From an uncultured delta proteobacterium (GTDB taxonomy: Bacteria > Desulfobacterota > Binatia > DP-6), in NCBI GenBank assembly GCA_963815115.1, contig CAWFFN010000009.1:1056001-1120000 (forward strand): a stretch of 64,000 bases of DNA. Direction: 5' to 3'. A model generated the notes under the pieces. That model saw nothing but the letters and a program-made list of their open reading frames with translations, was not told the origin of the DNA and ran no database searches. Shown in pieces: positions 50,133 through 58,803 of the stretch; positions within the stretch are counted from its first letter, which is position 1; the number at the start of each line of letters is the position of its first letter. A program made the position numbers and the translations under genes.

Positions 50133-52871
50133 ATGCTGTCGCGCAAGACGATCGAGGCGTACCTGTTCTTCCTGCTCCGCCACAAGGTGGCGGTGTCGCT
50201 GGTGGTGGCGGTGTTCACCGTCTTTCTCGCGTGGACCACCTACACGCGGCTCGTGGTGCAGCCCGACTTCGCGAGCATGTACCCGCCGAAACATCCCTAC
50301 ATCCAGCTCTACAACGCCTACCGGAACATGTTCGGCACCGCGTTCCAGGTACAGGTCGTCGTCGAGGTGAAGAACGGGACCATCTTCGACGACCCGGCGA
50401 CGGTGCAGAAGGTGGATCGCATCACGCTCGCGCTGCTGCACGACATCCAGGGCGTCAATCCCGAGCAGGTGATCTCGATCACCCATCCCAAGTTGAAGAC
50501 GACGATGACGGCGGGGTCGGGCATCAAGGTCGTTCCGCTCATGTACCCGCGCGTTCCGGAGAACGCGGACGACCTGGCGATCCTCCGCCAGCGCGTCTAC
50601 ACCACCGAGAACGTGCACGGCGTCTTCGTCTCGGAGGACGACAAGGCCACGCAGATCCGCGCCGGGTTCTGGGAAGAGTACTTCGACGTCGAGTCGATGT
50701 ACCGCAAGCTCCAGGACATCGCGCAGCGCGAGTCCGACGAGAACACCCTCGTGTACGTCACCGGCATGCCGATGCTCTTCGGCTACTTCCAGCAGATCAT
50801 GCCGCAAATGGTGAACGTGCTGGCGGCCTCCATCGTCATGATCCTCCTCTTGCTCTGGGTCGAGTTCCGGAGCTGGCAGGGGGTCGTCATCCCCGCCTTC
50901 AGCGCCACGCTGTCGGCGATCTGGGGGCTCGGGTTCGGGGCGCTCTTCGGGATGAACCTCGACCCGCTGGTGCTCGTGATCCCGCTCCTCATCACGGCAC
51001 GCGCGCATTCGCATTCCGTGCAGTCGATGGAGCGCTACCACGAGGAATACCATCGGCTGCAGGACAAGGACGCGGCGATCGTCAAGTCGTATACCGAGAT
51101 CTACGCGCCGGCGATGGTGTCGCTCCTCGCCGACGGCCTCGCCGTCCTGACGCTGCTCGTCGCCCGCATCCCCATGATCCAGAAGCTCGCCTGGCTGTGC
51201 TTCTTCTGGATCGCGTCGATTTTCGTGAGCGTGGTCACGCTCCATCCGATCATCCTCGCGTACACCCCGCCGCCGACCCAGGAGCACACCCGGGGCAAGG
51301 ACGCACTCGAGCGCTTCATGTCGTGGATGATGGTGACTGCCATCGCGTGGCTGCTCTCGCTCTACGGCAAGATCCCTGGCGCGCCCGTGGCGGTGCTGCT
51401 GGCCGTGGCATTCGTGGGTGCGATCGTCGAGGTGCTCACGGGCGCAGTGCTGCCGCTCTACGGCAGCATCGGCATGGGCATCAGCCGTTTCACGGACGCG
51501 TTCGGCGCTTTTTTCGGACGCGTCTACCTCGTGATCGAGCGCACGCTCATCTGGCTCGCCGAGGGCTGGCGGCGCTGGGCGATGGGTGCCGCGCTCCTGA
51601 CGTTGCTCACGATCGGCGTCTACTTCCAGTCGCAGCTCAAGGTAGGTGACACCACGCCGGGCGCGGCTCTCCTCTATGCCGATCACCCGTACAACGTCGC
51701 CTTCCGCAAGGTGAACGAGAAGTTCACCGGCGCGAGCCAGCTGGTGATCATCGCCGAGGGCGCCGCCTACTGTACCGTCTCGGGGCAGCCGTGCGAGGGA
51801 GACTCGTGCAAGCGCTGCCAGCTCGGCGCGGCCGACGCCTGCGCCGCTCCGGAGACCTGCCAGCAACGCGAGGGAGCGATCAAGGACGCCAACACCCTCA
51901 ACAACCTCGACCTGTTCGCGCACTACATGGCGCAGCAGCCCGAGGTGGGTGGGACGATCACGGCGGCGTCGTTGCTGAAGAAGATCTTCCGGACCTTCCG
52001 CGAGGGCGATCCCAAGTGGGAGATGCTGCCCACGCGCAACGATCACATCGCGCAGCTCTTCTTCCTGCTCACGTCGAACACCCGGCGCGGCGAAATGGAC
52101 TTCTTCTTCGACGCCGACTACAAGAACGCGACGGTCACGATCTTCTACAAGGACTACACCCACGAGACCATCCGGTCGTCGATCGAACGCGCCAAGCAGT
52201 ACATCGCTGCGCACCAGGCGGAGGCGCCGAACGTCAACTACCGGCTCGCCGGGGGCGTGATCGGCGTGCTCGCGGCGGTCAACGAGGAAGTCGAGTGGTC
52301 CTACCGCGTCAACCTGATCCTCATCCTGATCGTGGTGTTCCTGCTCAGCTACGCGACCTACGTGTCTGTGATTGGCGCGCTCATCGTCATGCTGCCCTCG
52401 CTCGTCGCGCAGCCGCTCTCCGAGGCGGTGATGTACCTCCTCGGCATCGACTTCAACATCAACTCGCTGCCGGTCGCCGCGGTCGGCATCGGCATCGGGA
52501 TCGACTACGGCTACTACGTGCTGTCGCGCATCGTCGAGGAGCTCAAGGGCGGCGACGAGGAGGGATTCGACGGCGCCATTCGCCGCATGTTCGAGACCAC
52601 GGGGAAGACCGTGCTCTTCACCGGTGTCTCGCTCACCGCCAGCATCATCTTCTGGGTGTTCTTCCCGATGAAGTTCCAGGCGCAGATGGCGTTGCTGCTC
52701 GTGCTGCTGCTGGGCTTCCACCTGATGGGCGCCCTGATGTTCATCCCGCCGATGGTGTCGCTGCTCAAGCCGCGCTTCGCGGTCCGGTACGCCGAGGCCC
52801 GACGCCGGCGGCGAGACGAGGAATTGTCCGCCGAGGCCGTCGCTGCGCGGGTGGGAGCTGCGGGACGCTAG
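50133..52871 (+). CDS. RND/MMPL family transporter
   Basis: Two periplasmic loops and two TM bundles; ARAHSHSVQ, GIGIGIDYG, TTGKTV. Confidence 0.9.
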   Translation: MLSRKTIEAYLFFLLRHKVAVSLVVAVFTVFLAWTTYTRLVVQPDFASMYPPKHPYIQLYNAYRNMFGTAFQVQVVVEVKNGTIFDDPATVQKVDRITLALLHDIQGVNPEQVISITHPKLKTTMTAGSGIKVVPLMYPRVPENADDLAILRQRVYTTENVHGVFVSEDDKATQIRAGFWEEYFDVESMYRKLQDIAQRESDENTLVYVTGMPMLFGYFQQIMPQMVNVLAASIVMILLLLWVEFRSWQGVVIPAFSATLSAIWGLGFGALFGMNLDPLVLVIPLLITARAHSHSVQSMERYHEEYHRLQDKDAAIVKSYTEIYAPAMVSLLADGLAVLTLLVARIPMIQKLAWLCFFWIASIFVSVVTLHPIILAYTPPPTQEHTRGKDALERFMSWMMVTAIAWLLSLYGKIPGAPVAVLLAVAFVGAIVEVLTGAVLPLYGSIGMGISRFTDAFGAFFGRVYLVIERTLIWLAEGWRRWAMGAALLTLLTIGVYFQSQLKVGDTTPGAALLYADHPYNVAFRKVNEKFTGASQLVIIAEGAAYCTVSGQPCEGDSCKRCQLGAADACAAPETCQQREGAIKDANTLNNLDLFAHYMAQQPEVGGTITAASLLKKIFRTFREGDPKWEMLPTRNDHIAQLFFLLTSNTRRGEMDFFFDADYKNATVTIFYKDYTHETIRSSIERAKQYIAAHQAEAPNVNYRLAGGVIGVLAAVNEEVEWSYRVNLILILIVVFLLSYATYVSVIGALIVMLPSLVAQPLSEAVMYLLGIDFNINSLPVAAVGIGIGIDYGYYVLSRIVEELKGGDEEGFDGAIRRMFETTGKTVLFTGVSLTASIIFWVFFPMKFQAQMALLLVLLLGFHLMGALMFIPPMVSLLKPRFAVRYAEARRRRRDEELSAEAVAARVGAAGR

Positions 52872-52901
52872 CATCGGGAGGGCAGCGAGGAGGATCGGTC
52901 G

Positions 52902-54218
52902 ATGGCGATGAGACTCGTGGCCGCCGCCATGGCGGTGGCGCTGCTCGGATTCGCAGGGCCCGGTGTGCGTGCGGAGCTGGCGCCGGGGACGACGCTCGAT
53001 CAGTCGAACGCCGACCAGGCGAGCGGCCTGCTGCCACCGGAGATCCAGAAGCACTACAAGGCCGGCGACTACATCAATCCCATCGTCGATTTTCCGACCG
53101 GCAGGTTCCGCTGGGACGACGGATTCGATGCCGCGACTCGCCAGAACGGGGAGCGCATCATCCTCGACGAGCACAAGCAGCCGGTCGACAAGACGACGAT
53201 GAAGCGGCCGGACTACCTCACCGGCATCCCGTTCCCGGACATCCGCGAGGACGATCCCGACGGCGGCTACAAGGTGCTGTGGAACCTGGCGTACGCCTAC
53301 TACGCGGGCGGGAACAGCCGCAACTGGACCATCCTCAACTGGCTCAGCCGCACCGGGGTGCAGCGAGCCGCGGTCCAGGACGTCTACTTCCTGTACTACG
53401 ACGGCCAGCCGAAGCAGTACACGCCGAAGGCCAATCCCGAAAACATGCTCTTCCAGTTCCTCGCCGTCACCGCGACGCCGGCGGACATCCAGGGCACCGC
53501 CGCCCTCGGCTATCGCTACAAGGATCCGTCGAAGCGCGACCTCAGCTGGGCCTATGTCCCGGCTCTGCGGCGGGTGCGCGCCGTATCACCCGCGAACCGC
53601 TCCGACGGCTTCCTCGGATCCGACCAGAGCCAGGACGACGGCTTCTTCTTCGACGGCAAGCCGGAGGACTTCAACTGGAAGATCACCGGTCACAAGGACC
53701 AGCTGCGCTTGATGGACCCGTTCAGCATCACGGGCAAGGTCGAGCGCAAGCCGCTCCCCGGCGGTGGCTGGCGGACCGTGCTCTACAACAACGACAAGAG
53801 CGTCGGCTACATGGTGAAGGACTGGAAGGGCATCGCCTGGGCGCCGGCGAGCGCGGGTCTGGCGAAGCGGAAATTCTGGGTGCTCGAGGGCGTACCGAAG
53901 GACAAGTACTACCTCTACGGCAAGATCGAGCTGTGGGTCGACGACGAGACCTGGCAGGGCGCGTGGAATCGCAAGTTCTCCTGGCAGGGGGATCTCCTCA
54001 ACGTCTACCAGGTGATGGGCTTCGCCAGTCACGACTTCGATTCCAAGGAGCGCTGGTACGGCGCGACCATGGCGTACCAGGGCTCCGAGAGCATCAAGGC
54101 CGACCGCGCGACCGTCTCCGGCATGAACGGTCCCGGCGCGGATCCGGCGAACGATCGGCGCTTTCCGCTCGAGCCGAGCTTCTTCGACTACCAGACGCTG
54201 AATCGGTTCGGGAAGTAG
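52902..54218 (+). CDS. DUF1329 family periplasmic protein
   Basis: Signal peptide; GIPFP, WAYVPALRRVRAVS..RSD, PKD.YYLYGK..LWVD.ET. Confidence 0.85.
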   Translation: MAMRLVAAAMAVALLGFAGPGVRAELAPGTTLDQSNADQASGLLPPEIQKHYKAGDYINPIVDFPTGRFRWDDGFDAATRQNGERIILDEHKQPVDKTTMKRPDYLTGIPFPDIREDDPDGGYKVLWNLAYAYYAGGNSRNWTILNWLSRTGVQRAAVQDVYFLYYDGQPKQYTPKANPENMLFQFLAVTATPADIQGTAALGYRYKDPSKRDLSWAYVPALRRVRAVSPANRSDGFLGSDQSQDDGFFFDGKPEDFNWKITGHKDQLRLMDPFSITGKVERKPLPGGGWRTVLYNNDKSVGYMVKDWKGIAWAPASAGLAKRKFWVLEGVPKDKYYLYGKIELWVDDETWQGAWNRKFSWQGDLLNVYQVMGFASHDFDSKERWYGATMAYQGSESIKADRATVSGMNGPGADPANDRRFPLEPSFFDYQTLNRFGK

Positions 54219-54377
54219 CCGCAGCCGCCACGTCGACTTGGCATGTCCGGGCGCGGGCAGCGCGCCGCTCCGCGGTGAGCCTCGGCGCGTAACTTTGGTG
54301 CGCTCGACGCGAACTTCCAACTATCGGGAGCGTCGACCTGCGCGCTGCGCGGTCGGGTCCCGACGAAGGGAGTGTGC

Positions 54378-55476
54378 ATGTCGAAGCGATTGATGTCCGC
54401 GCTGTCCATCCTGATTCCGCTGGGCGTCGCGCCGATCCTGGCCGCGAACCCGTATGGCATGGGAGGTTCCGGGGGAGGCTCCACCATGCCGGTCGCCGCG
54501 AAGGCGCCGTCGAGCCCCTACACGGTCACGAATCTGGTGTCCGATCAGCCCGGCGCCGCGCAGCCCGATCCCCACCTCGTGAATGCGTGGGGCCTCGTCG
54601 CGGGCCCGGCCACGCCCTGGTGGACCGCCAACAACACCACCAACACGTCCACGCTCTACACCGGGACCGGCAGCGTGCTCCCGCTCGTCGTCACCGTGCC
54701 CGGCGCTCCCACCGGGATCGTATTCAACGGCGGCTCCCAGTTTGCCCTGGCATCGGGCCCCGCGGCCTTCCTGTTCTCGACCGAGGACGGCATCGTCAGC
54801 GGCTGGAACCCGTCGACCGGCACCGGCGTGGCGACGGTGGCCGACCGCTCCGGTGTGGGTGCGATCTACAAGGGCCTCGCCATCGCCTCGACGCCCTCCG
54901 GCGACTTCCTCTACGCCACCGACTTCCACAACGGCCGCGTCGACGTCTTCGATGGCAGGCTTCAACCTCGTGACCGGCGCCGGCGCGTTCGTCGACAAGA
55001 AGATCCCGAAGCGCTTCGCGCCGTTCGGCATCCAGACCATCAACGGGACGGTGTTCGTCAGCTACGCCAAGCAGGACAAGGACAAGGAAGACGACGCCCC
55101 GGGCGCCGGGCTCGGCTTCGTCGACATGTTCGACACCGGCGGCAACCTGATGGGACGCGTCGCCAGCAAGGGAGCGCTCAACGCGCCGTGGGGCCTGGCG
55201 ATGGCGCCGGCGAGCTTCGGCGACTTCAGCGGGGATCTGCTGGTCGGCAACTTCGGCAACGGCAAGATCAACGCCTACGAGCAACGGCCGAACGGCCACT
55301 GGAAACTCCGCGGGCCGCTCAGGGGAACGGACGGCAAGCCGCTCAAGATCGACGGCCTGTGGGCGCTGTCGTTCGGCAACGACGGGCTCGCCGGCCCGGC
55401 GAGCTCGCTCTACTTCACCGCGGGGCCCGACGACGAATCGCACGGCCTGTTCGGCAGCATCCAGGCCAGCAGCTGA
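54378..55476 (+). CDS. TIGR03118 family secreted protein, frameshifted at ~54958
   Basis: NLVSD, DPHLVNAWG, PTGIVFN, TEDG.VSGW, YKGLA, APFGIQ, LNAPWGLA, LLVGNFG.G.INAY, IDGLWAL.FG, LYFTAGP..E.HGLFG. Confidence 0.88.
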
Positions 55477-55488
55477 ACGCGGCAGGGA

Positions 55489-55514
55489 CGCGCGGTTCGG
55501 TCGCGAACCGCGCG
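55489..55514 (+). terminator. 11-bp hairpin after TIGR03118 gene
   Basis: CGCGCGGTTCG-GTCG-CGAACCGCGCG. Confidence 0.5.
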
Positions 55515-55555
55515 CGCCTTGACGCGCGCCCCTCGCTTCCGCGACAACGTCGGCG

Positions 55556-56737
55556 ATGGATTTTCGTCCCACCCTTGCCGAGGAGCGGTTCCGCCGCGAG
55601 GTCCGCGAGTGGCTGCTCGCGAACCTGCCGGCGGGGTGGGGAGCACCGGGCCATCGCAAGCCGGAGGAGCCGGCGGAGAAGGTCGCCTTCGGCCGGATCT
55701 GGCAGCGCACGCTGCACGAGGGCGGCTGGGCCGGGCTGCACTGGCCGAAGGAGTACGGCGGCCGCGGCGCCACGCCGCTCGAGCAGTTCCTCTTCGCCGA
55801 GGAGTACGCGCGCGTGGGGGCGCCGCCGATGATCGACATCGGTGTGGGGCCGGGCCTCACCGGCCCGACGCTGATCCACCACGGCACCGAAGCCCAGAAG
55901 CAGCGCTTCCTCCCGAAGATCCTCAGCGGCGAGGAGATCTGGTGCCAGGGATTCTCCGAGCCCAACGCCGGCTCCGATCTCGCTGCCTGCCGCACCCGTG
56001 CCGAGCTGCGCGGCGACGTCTTCCACGTCACCGGCCAGAAGATCTGGACGAGCTACGCGCGCTTCGCCGACTGGTGCATCCTCGTCACGCGGACCGACTT
56101 CCAGGCCCCGAAGCACAAGGGGCTCACGTTCCTCCTGGTCGACATGAAGAGCCCCGGCATCACCATCCGACCGCTGGTCGAGATGACGGGCGTGGCCTGG
56201 TTCAACGAGGTGTTCTTCGACGACGTCCAGGTGCCGCGCGAGAACATGGTCGGCAGGCTGCACGACGGCTGGACCATCGCCATCAGCACGCTGGCGCACG
56301 AGCGCGGCGGCTCGGCGCCGCACGCGCGGATCGCCGGCGAGCTGGCGGAGATCATGGAGCTCGCGCGCGGCCGCGACGGCGTCGCACGCGACCCGCGCTG
56401 GCGCCAGCGGCTGGCGCAGTCCTACATCGAGACCGAGATCGTCCGGCTGATCGCCTACAAGCAGGTGAGCGACTTGATGCGCACCGGACACCCCGGGCCG
56501 GAAGGGTCGTACTTGAAGCTGCTGTGGAGCGAGACGGACATGCGCATGAAGGAGACGGCGATCGCGCTCGAGGGTCCCTACGCGGCGGTGGAACGTGGCG
56601 ACGCGCACGCCGTCGACGCCGGTCGCTGGCAATACGAGTACCTGTGGTCGCGCGCCGCGAGCATCTACGCCGGCACCTCCGAGGTCCAGCGCAACATCAT
56701 CGCCCAGCGCGTGCTGGGCTTGCCCCGAGGAGCGTGA
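55556..56737 (+). CDS. Acyl-CoA dehydrogenase
   Basis: WCQGFSEPNAGSDL, GQKIWTS, FNEVFFDDV, LAHER, IYAGTSEVQRNII. Confidence 0.94.
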   Translation: MDFRPTLAEERFRREVREWLLANLPAGWGAPGHRKPEEPAEKVAFGRIWQRTLHEGGWAGLHWPKEYGGRGATPLEQFLFAEEYARVGAPPMIDIGVGPGLTGPTLIHHGTEAQKQRFLPKILSGEEIWCQGFSEPNAGSDLAACRTRAELRGDVFHVTGQKIWTSYARFADWCILVTRTDFQAPKHKGLTFLLVDMKSPGITIRPLVEMTGVAWFNEVFFDDVQVPRENMVGRLHDGWTIAISTLAHERGGSAPHARIAGELAEIMELARGRDGVARDPRWRQRLAQSYIETEIVRLIAYKQVSDLMRTGHPGPEGSYLKLLWSETDMRMKETAIALEGPYAAVERGDAHAVDAGRWQYEYLWSRAASIYAGTSEVQRNIIAQRVLGLPRGA

Positions 56738-57534
56738 TGAGCGGCATCGTCGACGTCTGGACGCAGTACATCGGCCCGACGCCTCCCGGCGTGAACCCAC
56801 AGGGCGAAAACGTCTTCCGCAACTACGGCATGCTCGACGTCTTCCACCAGGGCACCGACCCGGCGCGCATGGTGGAGGCCATGGACCGGCACGGGATCGC
56901 AACGGTGCTGATGGCCGGTGACAACGAGGCGGTGGCGCGGGCCCAGGAGCGCTTCCCGGGTCGCGTCTACGGCCAGTATCACGCCGACCCCACGCACATC
57001 ATGAAGGCCGTGGCCGATCTCGAGCACTTCGTTCGCCAGCGCGGCTTCGTGTGCCTCCGCATCGAGCCCTTCATGTGGAGGAAGCCGCCGACCGATCGCG
57101 TGTACTACCCGCTGTACGCCAAGGCCGCCGAGCTCGACGTCACCTTCCAGACCCAGGTCGGGCACACCGGGCCGCTCTTCCCGTCCGAGACCGGCCGCCC
57201 GCTCTACATCGACGAGGTCGCGCTCGACTTCCCGGAGCTGCGCATCGTGTGCGGCCACATCGGCTGGCCGTGGACGGAGGAGATGATCGCGGTCGCGTGG
57301 AAGCACCGCAACGTCTGGATCGACACCTCGGCGCACGTCCCGAAGCACTATCCGCCGTCGTTCGTGCATTTCATGAAGACCTTCGGCAAGGACAAGGTGT
57401 GCTTCGCGACCGACTATCCCCTGCTGCAGTGGGAGCGCGTGCTGCCGGAGGTCGAGGGGCTCGAACTTCCGCCGGAGACCCGCCAGCGCTTCCTGCACGA
57501 CAACGCACGCAAGGCCTTCAAGCTGCCCGCCTGA
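56737..57534 (+). CDS. Amidohydrolase_2 family protein
   Basis: YYPLYAK, QVGHTGP..PSETGRP, IDEVALDFPEL.IVCGHIGWPW, IDTSA, FATDYP; TGATG coupling. Confidence 0.9.
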   Translation: MSGIVDVWTQYIGPTPPGVNPQGENVFRNYGMLDVFHQGTDPARMVEAMDRHGIATVLMAGDNEAVARAQERFPGRVYGQYHADPTHIMKAVADLEHFVRQRGFVCLRIEPFMWRKPPTDRVYYPLYAKAAELDVTFQTQVGHTGPLFPSETGRPLYIDEVALDFPELRIVCGHIGWPWTEEMIAVAWKHRNVWIDTSAHVPKHYPPSFVHFMKTFGKDKVCFATDYPLLQWERVLPEVEGLELPPETRQRFLHDNARKAFKLPA

Positions 57535-57633
57535 GCTGAAAGCGCGCCCTGCCAGCGAGCTTGCCTTCCGGCGGTCGCCTCCCGTAGCTTCGAGCGCCGG
57601 CGCCCGGCGGGCGCTCACGGAGGGACACGCACG

Positions 57634-58431
57634 GTGGCCGACACGCTGATCTTCGAGGTCCGGGACGCGGTGGGGTGGGTCATTCTCAACCGTCCCGAGG
57701 CCCGCAATGCCATGAACGCCGAGATGCGCGAGGGCTACCTCGCCGCGCTCGCCCGTTGCGCCGAGGATGCCGACATCCGCGCGGTGGTGCTCACCGCTAC
57801 CGGCAAGGGTTTCTGTACCGGGGCCGATCTCTCCGGGTCGCGCGCGGCCACGGGAGCGGCCGGCCCCGCGCACCCCGGCGCGACGCGCGCCGCCATGCAG
57901 CCGAGCCAGCGCGTCATCCGCGCCCTCTGGGACCTGGAGAAGCCGGTGCTGGCGGGGGTGAACGGGGTCGCGGCGGGGCTGGGCGCCCACCTGGCCTATG
58001 CCTGCGACCTGGTGATCGCATCCGACGAGGCGCGCTTCATCGAGGTGTTCGTGCGCCGGGGCATCGCGCTCGACGCCGGCGGCGGCTTCCTGCTCCCCCG
58101 CCACCTCGGGCTGCACAAGGCGAAGGAGCTGGTGTTCTTCGGTGACGAGCTCTCCGCCGCCGACGCCGAGCAGCTCGGCCTGGTCAACAAGGTCGTGCCG
58201 GCGGCCGACCTCGAGGCGACGCTGGCGGCCTGGGCGAAGCGCCTGGCCGAGGGCCCGACATTCGCCATCGGACTCTCGAAGCGGCTGCTCAATCGCTCCC
58301 TGCAAGCGAACATGGACGCGCTCTTCGCCGAGGAGGCGTTCAGCCAGGCGCTGGCGGCCAACAGCGACGACATGCGCGAGGGCATCCGCGCGTTCATGGA
58401 GAAGCGCCCGCCGGCGTTCAAGGGCCGCTAG
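57634..58431 (+). CDS. Enoyl-CoA hydratase/isomerase (PaaG-like)
   Basis: LNRPEARNA, FCTGADL, KPVLAGVNGVAAGLG, REGIRAFMEKRPP.F.G. Confidence 0.92.
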   Translation: MADTLIFEVRDAVGWVILNRPEARNAMNAEMREGYLAALARCAEDADIRAVVLTATGKGFCTGADLSGSRAATGAAGPAHPGATRAAMQPSQRVIRALWDLEKPVLAGVNGVAAGLGAHLAYACDLVIASDEARFIEVFVRRGIALDAGGGFLLPRHLGLHKAKELVFFGDELSAADAEQLGLVNKVVPAADLEATLAAWAKRLAEGPTFAIGLSKRLLNRSLQANMDALFAEEAFSQALAANSDDMREGIRAFMEKRPPAFKGR

Positions 58432-58547
58432 CGCAGATGGCAAGGCCGGCGCCATGCGAGTCCGGATGATCTTGACGCCGTACCATTCGTGAGCGAAAAG
58501 ACTGTCGCGAGCTCCGGACGCGGCCCGGACCTCGCGATGGAGGTAGC

Positions 58548-58775
58548 ATGTCAGTCAGATCGTTCGCTTGGATTCGTCGCGTCGCATCGGCCGCGTTGTT
58601 CTCCTCGGTCGTTCTCGGAGCCAGCAGTCAGGCGCTGGCGTGGTGGCCCTGGTGGTGGGACTGGCGTCCGGTCGCGCGCCAGACGCCCGAGATCGACCCG
58701 AGCCTGATCGGGAGCGCCGCGGCGATCGTCGTCGGCGGGCTCCTCGTGCTGCGGGGCCGGCGCCGCTCGAACTGA
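58548..58775 (+). CDS. VPEID-CTERM sorting-domain micro-protein with Trp-rich core
   Basis: GGAGG SD; signal peptide ending ALA; WWPWWWDWRPVARQ; TPEID + TM helix + RGRRR. Confidence 0.85.
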   Translation: MSVRSFAWIRRVASAALFSSVVLGASSQALAWWPWWWDWRPVARQTPEIDPSLIGSAAAIVVGGLLVLRGRRRSN

Positions 58776-58777
58776 TT

Positions 58778-58798
58778 CATCCCGGCGACGCCGGGATG
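58778..58798 (+). terminator. 9-bp hairpin between micro-protein gene and xrtE
   Basis: CATCCCGGC-GAC-GCCGGGATG. Confidence 0.5.
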
Positions 58799-58803
58799 CC
58801 GTC

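Noticed and set aside
54285-54340. ECF-type promoter GAACTT-N15-GTCGA upstream of TIGR03118 gene
   Set aside because: Single degenerate instance with no supporting second copy
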